A stretch of DNA of 29,835 nt from a virus (taxonomy: Duplodnaviria > Caudoviricetes): the IMG/VR virus record IMGVR_UViG_3300033407_000092, positions 1 through 29,835 of that record, one strand, 5' to 3'. The translations under genes and the position numbers were made by a program. The notes under the pieces are model-generated. The model was not told the DNA's origin. It worked only from the letters and a program-made list of their open reading frames with translations, and searched no databases. Shown piece by piece: positions 14,874-26,000 of the stretch (its first letter is position 1; the number at the start of each line of letters is the position of its first letter).

Positions 14874-16121
14874 ATGACTATTCATTTTCGCTACGGTGGT
14901 AGTACGGCTAAACGCACGCTAAGATGCCCTGGTTGGGCCGCGCTAGCCCAAAAACTAGCCGAAGAACGCGGCACAGTTGACAATTCAAGCGTCCACGCAG
15001 ATCGCGGCTCCATGTTACATAAGTGTTGTGAGCTATTAGAAAAAGATGGCTTGGACTATGACGACTTATTAGATATGGGTGTGGAGTACAACGGCTTTAA
15101 GTTAACCGAAGAGTTATTAGATACTAAAGTTATTCCCGCAATGGAAGCGCTGGATGACCTACTTGATAAATATAAGGTCCACACGGTAGTCACGGAAGAG
15201 ACCATAAAAATTAATGATGTTATAGGTGGCACGCTGGATGTTTTCGGTGAGGGCGTCAACACGCTTGTGTTCGCGGATTATAAATTTGGCGAAGGTATTT
15301 TAGTTGACGCAGAAGATAATGACCAATTACTATTCAGCGGCTGGACTAAAATCACAAAAGGTAAATTTTCTAAGCCGCTAAAAGAATACAAAAAAGTAGC
15401 CTTGGCAATTATTCAACCTGCAGACCGCCGCGAAGAGGAACTAGATGTTTGGGAAGTAACTGTACAGGATTTAGAGGAGTTCGGCGAAAGATTCAAAGCA
15501 GCTGTAAGTATAGCCGAAGACTCCAAACCCGGTGAAAATCTATGCATGGGTGACCACTGCATGTTTTGCCCCGCATCTGGATTAAATGATTGTCCCGCAA
15601 AAGCCGACGAAGCCAATTTTAATCTTAGACAGTTACAGAAACTGGATGATGGCTATATTGACGGTGATGATTTTGAAGTACTTGACAAAAAATGTAGCGA
15701 CTTGCCAGCGCTTAAACTTAATATAGAACAAGCGCTTGACATAGTAGAAAAGTTAGAAGCATGGACTAAAGATGTTAGAGCTTTTGCTTGTAAACAGCTT
15801 GAATTAGAAGGTGACAGCATCCCAGGGTGGAAGTTAGTCGATAAGCGCGCTACAAAGCATTGGGTTGACGAGGCTAGCGCTGAACGGTATTTGAAGCGTA
15901 AGTTAAAAGCTAAAAATGCGATGAAATCCGTAGTCATAACACCTGCACAGGCTTTACAAGTAGCTAAAAAGCTAAAGATTAAGGTCAAACTGGATGACCA
16001 TATAGTTTCACTTAGCTCAGGAACCACGCTAGCCAGAGAAAGTGATAAACGCCAAGCGGTACTGTCTTCAGCGGATACCGTTAATGGTCTAAAACTGTTA
16101 GACTCACTGGACGACGAATAA
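14874..16121 (+). CDS. DUF2800 / Cas4-like PD-(D/E)XK exonuclease
   Basis: GGS.A.R...CPG, GTLD, DYKFG.G..V.A..N.QL, G.HC.FCPA...CP and PGWKLV motifs. Confidence 0.88.
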   Translation: MTIHFRYGGSTAKRTLRCPGWAALAQKLAEERGTVDNSSVHADRGSMLHKCCELLEKDGLDYDDLLDMGVEYNGFKLTEELLDTKVIPAMEALDDLLDKYKVHTVVTEETIKINDVIGGTLDVFGEGVNTLVFADYKFGEGILVDAEDNDQLLFSGWTKITKGKFSKPLKEYKKVALAIIQPADRREEELDVWEVTVQDLEEFGERFKAAVSIAEDSKPGENLCMGDHCMFCPASGLNDCPAKADEANFNLRQLQKLDDGYIDGDDFEVLDKKCSDLPALKLNIEQALDIVEKLEAWTKDVRAFACKQLELEGDSIPGWKLVDKRATKHWVDEASAERYLKRKLKAKNAMKSVVITPAQALQVAKKLKIKVKLDDHIVSLSSGTTLARESDKRQAVLSSADTVNGLKLLDSLDDE

Positions 16122-16228
16122 TTAGCCACTCATAATAAATAGAAGGAGCGTAAATACACTAAAACTTAAAAATTTTAAAAAGCATGAAACCGGTAATCTA
16201 AAACCACTAAACTAAAAGGTAATATAAT

Positions 16229-17062
<834 letters not shown>

Positions 17063-17085
17063 GTCACATTTAGCTACGGCCAACT

Positions 17086-17112
17086 AAAAGCCCTTTACCG
17101 AGGGCTTTTTTT
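17086..17112 (+). terminator. Rho-independent terminator
   Basis: AAAAGCCCT-TTACCG-AGGGCTTTTTTT. Confidence 0.85.
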
Positions 17113-17143
17113 CCACAAAAATACATACTAAAGGGTGCTGGAA

Positions 17144-19222
17144 ATGAAAAAGATAGAGCCTCTATTAATAGATTTTGAGACACAAAGCAGGGTTTCAATA
17201 AGCAACCCGCTATACACATGCCACTCCTCCACTAAAATTTTATGCATGTCTTACGGTTTCCGTAAAGGTAAAGGCGCGCTATGGTGGCCAGGTGACAAAT
17301 TGCCGGAGCCTGTTATAGCGTATATTACGGCTGGTGGACGGATAGGCGCCAGTAATGCGCGGTTTGATAGGCAGATATGGCAACTTATAGGAGAAACTGA
17401 GCACGATTTCCCCTATACCGAAGACGAGCAGTGGTTTTGCACACAGGCGCAATCGCGTGTAGCTGGACTACCGTCAGCGCTTGATAAGGGCGCCAGGGCG
17501 TTAGGACTCAAACAACGTAAATCAACAAGAGGTTCTCAGCTTATAGCTAAATGCTGCATCCCCCCGTTTAGTACGGACCCGCAAGACTATTGCGATTTAG
17601 GCGCGTACTGCCTCCAGGATTTTGTAGTTATGAGCGATTCGTCCTCGGCGGTACCAGACTTAAACGAATATCAGATTGAGGACTACCAGTATAACGAGTT
17701 AGTAAACGATCGCGGCATAAAAGTCGATGTCGAATTAGCAGCTGCAGCTATGACATACGCCGAAGCTGAGCGCGAAGAGCTTAACACCGCGCTAAACCTG
17801 TTAACAGGCGGTAAGTTAGTAAAAGGTAAAGCAGTAGGTGGAACGATAACCGCGTGCACGCAGCACAGACGCGTTTGCACCTGGCTGCAGAAAGAATTAA
17901 AAGAATGCCCCGACATTTTAAAATTAATGCGTAAGCACAAGAGAGACAAAGACACCGGAAAAGACGTCGTTAAATATTCCTCGGATAAAGGCGTTAGAAT
18001 AAATATGTTAGCCGGTGACGAAGACGGTTCGTTCAAGTTGCCTGCCAGAGTAAAAGAGCTATTGGAATACATGGATGATGCTGGTGGCAGCGCGGTATCG
18101 AAATTCACGCGTATGGTCCAAAAAGCAGACCCTGACGACGGCCGAGTACGAGGAATCTTAAGATACGCCGGTGCGCCGTCCACGCTCAGGTATAGCGCTA
18201 TTGAGCTGCAAATACACAATTTCCGTCGCGACGCCTTCGAGACCGTAGAAGCCGAGTTCATCCGTGACCAGTTAATACGCGGCGCGGTACTACGAGACAG
18301 AGACGGTAACCGGTTGGGCGTTATGGACACCCTCGGCAGGCTATTACGAAGCGCAATCATACCTGCCGAGGGCAAGGTGCTAGTAGTGGGTGACTGGAAC
18401 GCTGTAGAGTCCCGTATGACTGCATGGCTAGCAGGCGACGAAGCTAAGTTAGATATTTTTAGAAACGGCGGCGACCCGTACTGCTACGAGGCGAGCGGTA
18501 TCTTCGGTTTTGAAGTGACTAAGGAAGACGCCAAAGAACGGCAGATCGGCAAAATCACCGATTTAGCCTGTGGCTTCATGGGCGGCGTGGGTGCGCTAGC
18601 TTCCATGGCGGCGCAATTCCGGATATTCATCGACCCTGAAAAAATGCAGAGCATTGTTGACAGCTACCGCGCAAACCATCCTCAGATTGTAGAATATAGC
18701 AATCAGTTAATGGGTGCCGCTATACGGGCGATAAGGAACCCTGGGGAGATACAGAAAGTGAAGCATACCGCGTATCTATTTAACCCTGAGGATAGAGCGC
18801 TGTACTGCCAGTTAACCGGCGGCATAAACATGATACGCTACCCTGAGGCCAGAATTGAAATGAAAAAAGTGCCCTGGTCTGATACTGAAACCCGGCCACA
18901 AATTACAGCGCTGAAAGCGGCCTTCACCCCTGCAGCAGATGCCAAGGAATGGGCGCGTCACGGATTATGGCGCGGTATATTCGTGGAGAACATGGCGCAA
19001 GGTAACTGTGCTCAGTTATTAAGAGAGAAATGTCTGGACTGCGAAGACGCTGGTTTAGACGTGATATTCCATGTACATGATGAAATAGTTTTAGAAGTCG
19101 ATATTGATAAAGCTGAAGAAGCAAAGCGCATGCTACAAGAAATAATGGAGCGTACACCGCATTGGCTAAAAGGAATGCCGTTAGTAGCTGAACCTAAAAT
19201 AATGACGCGATACGGGAAATAA
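17144..19222 (+). CDS. Family A DNA polymerase with 3'-5' exonuclease
   Basis: Exo motifs DFETQS, NARFD and YC.QD; motif A GDWNAVESR; motif B RQIGKITDLACGF; motif C VHDE. ATG 17144 preferred over GTG 17135. Confidence 0.95.
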   Translation: MKKIEPLLIDFETQSRVSISNPLYTCHSSTKILCMSYGFRKGKGALWWPGDKLPEPVIAYITAGGRIGASNARFDRQIWQLIGETEHDFPYTEDEQWFCTQAQSRVAGLPSALDKGARALGLKQRKSTRGSQLIAKCCIPPFSTDPQDYCDLGAYCLQDFVVMSDSSSAVPDLNEYQIEDYQYNELVNDRGIKVDVELAAAAMTYAEAEREELNTALNLLTGGKLVKGKAVGGTITACTQHRRVCTWLQKELKECPDILKLMRKHKRDKDTGKDVVKYSSDKGVRINMLAGDEDGSFKLPARVKELLEYMDDAGGSAVSKFTRMVQKADPDDGRVRGILRYAGAPSTLRYSAIELQIHNFRRDAFETVEAEFIRDQLIRGAVLRDRDGNRLGVMDTLGRLLRSAIIPAEGKVLVVGDWNAVESRMTAWLAGDEAKLDIFRNGGDPYCYEASGIFGFEVTKEDAKERQIGKITDLACGFMGGVGALASMAAQFRIFIDPEKMQSIVDSYRANHPQIVEYSNQLMGAAIRAIRNPGEIQKVKHTAYLFNPEDRALYCQLTGGINMIRYPEARIEMKKVPWSDTETRPQITALKAAFTPAADAKEWARHGLWRGIFVENMAQGNCAQLLREKCLDCEDAGLDVIFHVHDEIVLEVDIDKAEEAKRMLQEIMERTPHWLKGMPLVAEPKIMTRYGK

Positions 19223-19226
19223 AACG

Positions 19227-19832
19227 ATGGCAGATACTATAAAAAGTATAGATTACGACCAGCATAACATCATTAAGTCTATAATGACGCTATGCAACAT
19301 TGACCGTTTTGACGCGGATTTTACATTTGGAAACGGGTCATTTTACAAAGGCATAGAGCCGCCGCTGCATAGATTCGATTTAGATGACACACTCGATAAC
19401 TTGACTGGCGTAGCCAATAGTTCAAAAGTGCCACTAGGTGACTCTTCAATTAAAAGCATTATGTTTGACCCGCCATTTTTAACGTATATAAAAGCCGGTA
19501 GAACGGGTAACGGCGGCATGGTAATGGCCAGACGCTTCGGGGGTTATTGGAGGTATGACGAACTTGAAGAGCACTATAGAGCCACTCTACGAGAAGCCCA
19601 TAGAACGCTAGGCAAAAAAGGCATACTAGTATTCAAGTGCCAAGATATCATTCACAATCATAAAATGCACTGCACCCACGCTAACGTGTTACTTTGGGCT
19701 GCAGGTATGTTCCGGTTGAAAGATATGTTTATCCTTATGGCAAAGCGCCGCATGCCTAAAATAAATAGCCGAGGCACCCAGTTGCACGCTAGAATCTATC
19801 ACAGTTACTTTTTAGTGCTCGAAAAGATATAG
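19227..19832 (+). CDS. DNA amino-methyltransferase (N6-A or N4-C), orphan
   Basis: D.TFGNG SAM-binding motif, FDPPF catalytic motif and EAHRTL...GILVFK; no restriction partner adjacent. Confidence 0.8.
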   Translation: MADTIKSIDYDQHNIIKSIMTLCNIDRFDADFTFGNGSFYKGIEPPLHRFDLDDTLDNLTGVANSSKVPLGDSSIKSIMFDPPFLTYIKAGRTGNGGMVMARRFGGYWRYDELEEHYRATLREAHRTLGKKGILVFKCQDIIHNHKMHCTHANVLLWAAGMFRLKDMFILMAKRRMPKINSRGTQLHARIYHSYFLVLEKI

Positions 19833-19841
19833 GTGAACAAA

Positions 19842-20054
19842 ATGAATCAAACTAGAAAACGAAGTTGGCAGGAAGCTTTTACAAATACTGCGGTAGGATA
19901 TGGCTTTGGCTTAGCCGGTCAAATGGTTATTTTTCCTTTGTTGGGTATGGATGTGTCATTTAATAACAATATGATTATATGCATGTTTTTCACAGTCATA
20001 TCAATTATACGGAATTACATAATACGTAGATTTTTCAACACGTTCAAAAACTAG
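19842..20054 (+). CDS. Small two-TM membrane protein of a widespread phage family (DUF7220-like)
   Basis: Q..K.S..EA.TN..VGY...FP..G...N....FT..S..R.Y..RR.FN; AGGTGA RBS before ATG 19842. Confidence 0.75.
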   Translation: MNQTRKRSWQEAFTNTAVGYGFGLAGQMVIFPLLGMDVSFNNNMIICMFFTVISIIRNYIIRRFFNTFKN

Positions 20055-20057
20055 AGC

Positions 20058-20086
20058 TTGACAGAACGGGCATCTTGCCCAATACT
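20058..20086 (+). promoter_or_regulatory. sigma70 promoter with a palindromic operator in the spacer
   Basis: TTGACA-N17-AATACT; GGGCA-TCT-TGCCC at 20068-20080. Confidence 0.65.
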
Positions 20087-20118
20087 TAAATCAGTAATAT
20101 TTAAAGGGCATTAAAATT

Positions 20119-20547
20119 ATGAGCACAAAGCTAAATGCTTTCGGTACACTGCTAAAACAATCTCATATGTCTATCTCGAAGGCGGCGAAATTTTTTAACG
20201 TCGACCCTACAACAGCACGACGCTGGAGAAACGATAAAGCCACTACGCCAGAAGCGGTACTCTTATGTTTACAAAGTATCAGTTCAGGCACTCCTGTCGA
20301 CGCAGATAAATTTGTATTAGAAGACAAACTGGTTGACGCGCTCCGCAGCATCATAAGAGCTATGAAGCGCGATCCCAGTTACGCGTATACATGGCATATT
20401 AATTTAGTGAACGCGATGCTTGACAGCGGCGTGTCTAGCCAACTGGCTAATGAAGCCGCCGCACGATTCATGTACGATATGTTTACAATTGACACGATTA
20501 CCGGTACCGGAGGAGAAGGGCATGAAAAAGATAACAAAGACGGCTAA
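20119..20547 (+). CDS. Cro/XRE-like HTH protein fused to an uncharacterised phage domain
   Basis: SISKAAKFFNVDPTTARRW is an HTH; C-terminal YA..WH.N...M.D.G....AN.AAARFM. Confidence 0.75.
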   Translation: MSTKLNAFGTLLKQSHMSISKAAKFFNVDPTTARRWRNDKATTPEAVLLCLQSISSGTPVDADKFVLEDKLVDALRSIIRAMKRDPSYAYTWHINLVNAMLDSGVSSQLANEAAARFMYDMFTIDTITGTGGEGHEKDNKDG

Positions 20548-20626
20548 CATAATTAATACTATATCTCTGTTTGTCATATGTTTTTTGGTGCCTGTGGTAC
20601 TTGAATTTGTAATGTGGCTAGGCTAA
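20522..20626 (+). CDS. Small membrane peptide (34 aa)
   Basis: ATG 20522 after GGAG; basic N-terminus and one hydrophobic helix. Confidence 0.5.
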   Translation: MKKITKTANIINTISLFVICFLVPVVLEFVMWLG

Positions 20627-20644
20627 AAAAGGAATGGTTAACAC

Positions 20645-22300
20645 ATGTTAGATTACAAAAATCCCGATTATATAAGCATATTTGCTAAGCGCCAACGAAA
20701 TCTAATTGATATACGTAATAACCCACAGCTATTGGCCGCGTTAAAAGTACACTACAAGAATAACCCCTGGGATTTTATAACTGACTGGGGCTTCACTTTC
20801 GACCCCCGTCAAATTGAAAAAGGGTTAACGCCAAACATACCTTTCATTTTATGGCCCAAACAAGAAGAATATCTTAAATGGGTTGTTGAAAGATGGAAAG
20901 CTGGCGAGTACGGGATAGTAGAAAAGTCGCGGGATTGCGGGGTAACATGGCTATCTGTCGGGCTAGCGGTAACGCTATTTCTATTCGTACCAGGTTACAG
21001 CGCCGGATTCGGTTCGGCCATTGAGGACAAAGTTGATAAAAAGGGCGACCCGGACTGTATATTTGAAAAAATAAGATACTTTCTAAACCACCTTCCACCT
21101 GAGTTTATGCCTGCAGGATACGAAGAGCGTTTGCACAGCAGCTTTATGAAGCTTACCAACCCCGAAAACGGAGCCAGTATAACGGGCGGTTCGGGCGACC
21201 AGATAGGCCGTGGTGGACGTAAATCTATGTGGCTAATAGACGAAGCTGCGTTCGTTGAGCATCAATTAATGGTAGATAACGCCCTATCACAGTCTACCAA
21301 CTGCCATATCGACATAAGTACTTATAACGGTAACGGTAACGTGTTTTATACCAAGTCGATGCGGTTTGATAAAACCCGCCGTAAATTCATCTTCGACTGG
21401 CGTGACGACCCGCGTAAAGACGATGTATGGTACAAAAAACAAAAGGATGAAAAAGACCCGATAACCGTAGCACAAGAAATAGACCGTGACCCTAACGCGT
21501 CAGCAGAAGATGTATTCATTCCGAGCAAATGGGTTAAAGCGGCCATAGATTTACACAAGCTGATAGGTGTCCAGCCTACGGGCGTTAAGGTGACAGCATT
21601 CGACCCTGCAGATGTCGGTGATGCTAAGGCGTATGTGACGCGTCATGGCTTTGTAGTTACGGCTGCGGACTGTATGACTGATGGCGATATAACGCAAGCG
21701 GTCCCCTGGGTATACAGTGAGGCGTTTAAGCAGCGCTCAGATGTATTAGTATATGACGCGGACGGTATGGGCGCGCCAATTATGAAGCTAACGTTTGACC
21801 AGTACGCCGCAGGTCGCATACCGATAGTGCCCTATTACGGCTCCGGTGAACTTAGGGACAAGGATAAACGCTACGGGGAAGACCCTGAGCATCCCGATCC
21901 ATCTTTAAAAAAGAACAAGGAATTATTCGTTAACTTTAGAGCGCAATCGGCAACGGAATTACGCGACAGATTCGAGGCTGCGTATAGGCTGAGACAGCTA
22001 ATAGAGAAAGGAGGTGTAGCAATGGGTATGAAGATAGACAACATAATATCAATTGATTCAAGCTGTGCTAAACAATTTGAATTAGTTGCCGAGCTATCCC
22101 GCCCAAAAAGAATTTATACTAACGATGGTAAAATAAAAGTGGAGTCTAAAAAAGAAATGAAAGCCCGCCATGTAGCGTCACCTAACTTCTTCGACGCGTG
22201 TAAAATGGCGTTCTCAGTAAAGACGCCCACGCGTCAAAAAAATAGCCAAAAGGCTAAAATTGTAACTAGACGAACACGTGACAGAGGGCTAGGGTTCTAG
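20645..22300 (+). CDS. terL: Terminase large subunit
   Basis: PF.LWPKQ adenine-binding motif, EKSRDCGVTW Walker A, WLIDEAA Walker B, RNase H-like AFDPAD / YDADGMG / SPNFFDA. Confidence 0.93.
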   Translation: MLDYKNPDYISIFAKRQRNLIDIRNNPQLLAALKVHYKNNPWDFITDWGFTFDPRQIEKGLTPNIPFILWPKQEEYLKWVVERWKAGEYGIVEKSRDCGVTWLSVGLAVTLFLFVPGYSAGFGSAIEDKVDKKGDPDCIFEKIRYFLNHLPPEFMPAGYEERLHSSFMKLTNPENGASITGGSGDQIGRGGRKSMWLIDEAAFVEHQLMVDNALSQSTNCHIDISTYNGNGNVFYTKSMRFDKTRRKFIFDWRDDPRKDDVWYKKQKDEKDPITVAQEIDRDPNASAEDVFIPSKWVKAAIDLHKLIGVQPTGVKVTAFDPADVGDAKAYVTRHGFVVTAADCMTDGDITQAVPWVYSEAFKQRSDVLVYDADGMGAPIMKLTFDQYAAGRIPIVPYYGSGELRDKDKRYGEDPEHPDPSLKKNKELFVNFRAQSATELRDRFEAAYRLRQLIEKGGVAMGMKIDNIISIDSSCAKQFELVAELSRPKRIYTNDGKIKVESKKEMKARHVASPNFFDACKMAFSVKTPTRQKNSQKAKIVTRRTRDRGLGF

Positions 22301-22360
22301 CCTTATTCGACACTAGTTATCCGTATCTTCTAACAAATTAATAGCTAAGGAGTACAGGAT

Positions 22361-22681
22361 ATGATAAACGGAATAGATATAGGTCCTCGTGTTGTACCTG
22401 ATGGTATAACACGTTTAACTGATGGGGTGGAATGGGCCCTGCAAGAAGACGAACAAGGGGAAGAGCTTATAGATTACATGCTAGAAGTTCTTGAATTAAA
22501 AACACGTATTAGGTATTTAGAATCTGTAGAGCAGGCCGCCAGGCGGTATATCGGATGCGTAGATAGTACGCGTAAACATAATTACCATAGAAATTTTAAA
22601 AACGCTAAAAACGATTTAGTTAATGCGTTAAATAATTTCGAGGACCTAGAGATAGATAACTGGGAGAGAAGAGTAAGCTAG
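22361..22681 (+). CDS. Hypothetical protein
   Basis: 106-aa ORF with TAAGGAG RBS. Confidence 0.7.
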   Translation: MINGIDIGPRVVPDGITRLTDGVEWALQEDEQGEELIDYMLEVLELKTRIRYLESVEQAARRYIGCVDSTRKHNYHRNFKNAKNDLVNALNNFEDLEIDNWERRVS

Positions 22682-22687
22682 GCATTA

Positions 22688-22719
22688 AATAGGGAAGACG
22701 CTAAGCAGCCTTCCCTATT
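22688..22719. terminator. Hairpin between convergent transcription units
   Basis: AATAGGGAAG / CTTCCCTATT 10-bp inverted repeat between the stops at 22681 and 22731. Confidence 0.75.
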
Positions 22720-22730
22720 CCATCCGCATT

Positions 22731-25700
22731 TTATTTACCCTTATCTTTTTTGTTTTTACGTTCTTCAATCTGTTTATCTTGTACGTGTTTGAGATCTGCA
22801 ATCTGTTTAGTAATAGAGTTTTTAAAGAGTTGTAAGCGGTCAATTTCTCGGCCTTTATCTTCCGGTTTCATTTTGCTGGCCCTAATTAGGTTCATACGTT
22901 TATTAACATTGGCCAGCCTTTTTTGCTGCCCCTCATAGAACTTACGCTGATCTAATAAGTGGCCTTTGTCTGCTTTCAACCGCATTTCTTCTTCGTAATC
23001 GTTCCGTTTTTTAGCATCACGTATATCCATATAGGCATTATTAATCTCGCCGAGAGTCTCGTAGAAACTAGCGGTTTGCTGAGTATTTCTTAACGGCTCC
23101 GTAACCGCAAAAAGTTTAATAATGGGGTACTCAGTCAGTTTCATAGGTGGCTGTGTAGGTGAGTCAGTTAGCGGCCGTGTGAGCAGCATATCAGTAGAGG
23201 ATAAAACAAACGCGCCAGCCCAACCGAAGTATCCCCTTACTAGATGCTCAATTTGAATAGGTGACAGCTTAACCGCGTCCCAGTCAAGCTTGTCTATACC
23301 CTCAGCCATTTCTATAGCCGTTTCGCTAGTCCATGCGCGTTTGCGTTTTGCGGGTGATAACGCAGATATATGTTCGTATGGCGCTTCTATATCTCGGTCC
23401 GTAAAAAAGTTTTTATTCATACCCACTTCTAATATCGGTTTAACCGGTTGAATAAACGGGTTAAAGCCGAAAGTATCCATAAGTGTGTGAAGCATACGTT
23501 CCGCGAATAGCTCGCCATGCACTTTATCATCTACAAGTTGTTGCACAAGTGACTCTGCTATATACCCGATAGCGCCGACTTCAAAAGGCCGGGGTAGTGA
23601 CGATAAAAAGTTTGCCCCAGGCATCCTGAAATAGTGATAAGTACGTTTTTGCCATTCCTCAAGCTGGTCATAGAGTGGGTCTTTTCTAACTGACAGATAC
23701 ATGCCGATAGAAGCAAGGGAGTACGTAGCTACAACAGCTGCAAATTTAGCCCCGGATTTAGTAGTTAGGTCTCTTTTGCTCGTTGGCGCTGCCCGGGCCA
23801 GTTTGTCCAGGCTAAGCAATCGGGCATTAACAAATGGCAGTAGTTGCGCCATAGCACGCACCCATATAGATGAACCGGTGCGATCAAAATCTAAGTGGTC
23901 GCGCGCGTTAAACGTAGCCTTTAGGGTCCCCTCTCCACGCGCGAGAGTTTGTACGTAGTCTGCTGCCCTGTTAAGGTTTTCTGTTCTCGCACCGAACTCT
24001 TGATAGCGGTTCCACACGTTGGCCCATTTAAGCGCGCTGTCTATAACTGTTTCCGGTTTAACACCCTTTTTAACTAAACGCGATATAGCTATCGGGTCGC
24101 TCCCATGAATATATCCAGACTGGCTAAAAGTCGCGCCTGAGGTGGCCATCGCTATCGCTGTAGGCGTTCCTTTTTTAGTGGCTCTCCAGCCATCGGCAAG
24201 ATTTTTAGCTATATTTAGGCTAACGTCGGTAGTGGCTATAGCTGTAATGGAGTCACGCTCAAGGTTAGCGATTTTAAATGTGGGACTCGCAGTTGTACCT
24301 GCGGTTATCGCGTGTTTAAATGCGCGCCCTATTTTCATGGCACGGCTATTTAAGCCCTCCCAGTTAAGCGCAGTAAAGGCTGCGAGGACTAAAGGGTCAT
24401 ACACTTCGTACCATACCTCTTTACCGTCTCTGCGTAAAAATATAGCGTCTTTGCTGGCCTCTTCCTTGGTTACGCGTTTCGCAAGTGGCGGGTTCATTTT
24501 TAATGCGAAGTCTATAGCGCTAAGGCCTGCTTGGTTGTTTAACGACGCAGATATTACATGATTCCAATTCACAAGTACGTTACTCATAATGTCATCAAGC
24601 TTATGGGTACCGCCTTTTAATTGTTTGTAAGCTGTTTGACGCGCTAAAGATGGGCTGCTCGCTATACGCGGACCGCGCGCGTCCTTCTCGTCTATTACAC
24701 GGTTAAAAGGGACATAAAAGCCTTCTTCTCGCCATTGCGCGGCTTCTTCAGCGTTAATTAAGCCGCTATCAACACCTATTTGTGTGACGTTATTAGCTAA
24801 TTTCTCGTATTCTTGTCGTACACTATCGAATAATTCCTCGTCGCCTCGGTTCATGTTTTTTAAAACTTGAATATTTTCCTCAGTGATGTTTCTCTCTTTA
24901 CCTTCTGCGAATAATTTTTCAGCGCGATGGCCCACCATGTAATAGGTCCATCGCTGTAATTTTTTTCCTAACGGTTTTACAACATCTTGAAGCCCTTTTA
25001 TATCCGGGTCAACAGATAAAACGCCTTCGCTATCAAGAAAAAGGCCGCCGTTAAGAATAAGGCTTTCAGTCGCGCCCTTTGCGGATTTAGTTAAGTGTGA
25101 CAGCATCCAAGACCTGTCATCATGCATTATGTCCCTGAATGGCCCGAACTGGTCAACCATTGATTGCCTTATTTTTGCTTTGGAATCAACAAGGCTATCG
25201 GCCAGTGCAAGCTCAACTCTTTCAATAAAAGTTTTTCTTTTGCCAAAGCTAGCAGTAACCGCCGCTTCTTCTTTGGGCGTTAACGGGTCAGCAGCATTTT
25301 CGCCCTGGCCAGGTTCTGCCATTTTATGGGCCGCCAGCTTAAGGCCGAGTGGTGTTATAATTTCAGCCTCTGCGGCTTCTTTAAGACCTTTAATTTGGGT
25401 ATCGGTAAGTTTCAATTCGCCGCTAGCTACATCAGCTAAAATCTCGTCCATAGCTTCGTTAACGTCTGAAACTTCGCCTGGTATCTTAGGCGATTTAGAT
25501 TTTAGGCCTAAAACCTCTGCCGCTTTATCTATAACGTTTTCTCTCGTTAACTCAGTGTCTTTAAGTCCTAAGTCGATATCGCCGCGTTCAGACGCTTTAA
25601 TTGCATCTGATATTGAGCCGTCAAACATGTCGTCTATCACAGGGTCGCTTTCTGCGCCTTCTGTGATTTTTTCCAGCGACTTGCGTTTACGCTTTTCGTT

Positions 25701-26000
25701 GTAATCGTTTATCTCCTCGGACACCTTTAAAGGGGGGCGTTTAATCGAGGCTAAAACACTGGATATGCTAAAAGCTTCCGCGTCTTTGCCGACGTCACCA
25801 CCTTTAAGTTTGACCTCGTTTTCATAACCCTTAACTATGTTATGCGCGTTCATTACAAACTCTTCTGCGGCCCGTTTAGCGGCATCGGCTTTAGGCATGC
25901 CGGCGTCCACATATTTGTCATGCGCTGTTTTTAACATTTCTACATCGGCTTTGCTTAGTAGCGCGCCCGCTTTTTTAATGCAGTTTACTAATGTGCTCAT
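22731..26000 (-). CDS. Large polyvalent / DNA-ejection-type protein with LPD38-like C-terminal domain
   Basis: YVPF.R, DF.R.G..PF.NA, PRPFEVG, NFFT.R.IE and SP.QIEHLVRGYFG motifs; mostly helical. Confidence 0.8.
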   Translation of the reverse strand: MSTLVNCIKKAGALLSKADVEMLKTAHDKYVDAGMPKADAAKRAAEEFVMNAHNIVKGYENEVKLKGGDVGKDAEAFSISSVLASIKRPPLKVSEEINDYNEKRKRKSLEKITEGAESDPVIDDMFDGSISDAIKASERGDIDLGLKDTELTRENVIDKAAEVLGLKSKSPKIPGEVSDVNEAMDEILADVASGELKLTDTQIKGLKEAAEAEIITPLGLKLAAHKMAEPGQGENAADPLTPKEEAAVTASFGKRKTFIERVELALADSLVDSKAKIRQSMVDQFGPFRDIMHDDRSWMLSHLTKSAKGATESLILNGGLFLDSEGVLSVDPDIKGLQDVVKPLGKKLQRWTYYMVGHRAEKLFAEGKERNITEENIQVLKNMNRGDEELFDSVRQEYEKLANNVTQIGVDSGLINAEEAAQWREEGFYVPFNRVIDEKDARGPRIASSPSLARQTAYKQLKGGTHKLDDIMSNVLVNWNHVISASLNNQAGLSAIDFALKMNPPLAKRVTKEEASKDAIFLRRDGKEVWYEVYDPLVLAAFTALNWEGLNSRAMKIGRAFKHAITAGTTASPTFKIANLERDSITAIATTDVSLNIAKNLADGWRATKKGTPTAIAMATSGATFSQSGYIHGSDPIAISRLVKKGVKPETVIDSALKWANVWNRYQEFGARTENLNRAADYVQTLARGEGTLKATFNARDHLDFDRTGSSIWVRAMAQLLPFVNARLLSLDKLARAAPTSKRDLTTKSGAKFAAVVATYSLASIGMYLSVRKDPLYDQLEEWQKRTYHYFRMPGANFLSSLPRPFEVGAIGYIAESLVQQLVDDKVHGELFAERMLHTLMDTFGFNPFIQPVKPILEVGMNKNFFTDRDIEAPYEHISALSPAKRKRAWTSETAIEMAEGIDKLDWDAVKLSPIQIEHLVRGYFGWAGAFVLSSTDMLLTRPLTDSPTQPPMKLTEYPIIKLFAVTEPLRNTQQTASFYETLGEINNAYMDIRDAKKRNDYEEEMRLKADKGHLLDQRKFYEGQQKRLANVNKRMNLIRASKMKPEDKGREIDRLQLFKNSITKQIADLKHVQDKQIEERKNKKDKGK

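Noticed and set aside
14874-16121. CRISPR-associated cas4
   Set aside because: Stand-alone DUF2800-type nuclease in a standard phage replication module; no cas1/cas2 or array.
17683-18375. 230-aa antisense ORF inside the polymerase, and similar shadows in the primase, DUF2800 and LPD38 genes
   Set aside because: Opposite well-supported genes, with no motifs or RBS; typical antisense shadows.
19227-19832. Restriction-modification or DNA hypermodification system
   Set aside because: A single orphan methyltransferase; no endonuclease partner or base-modification pathway genes nearby.
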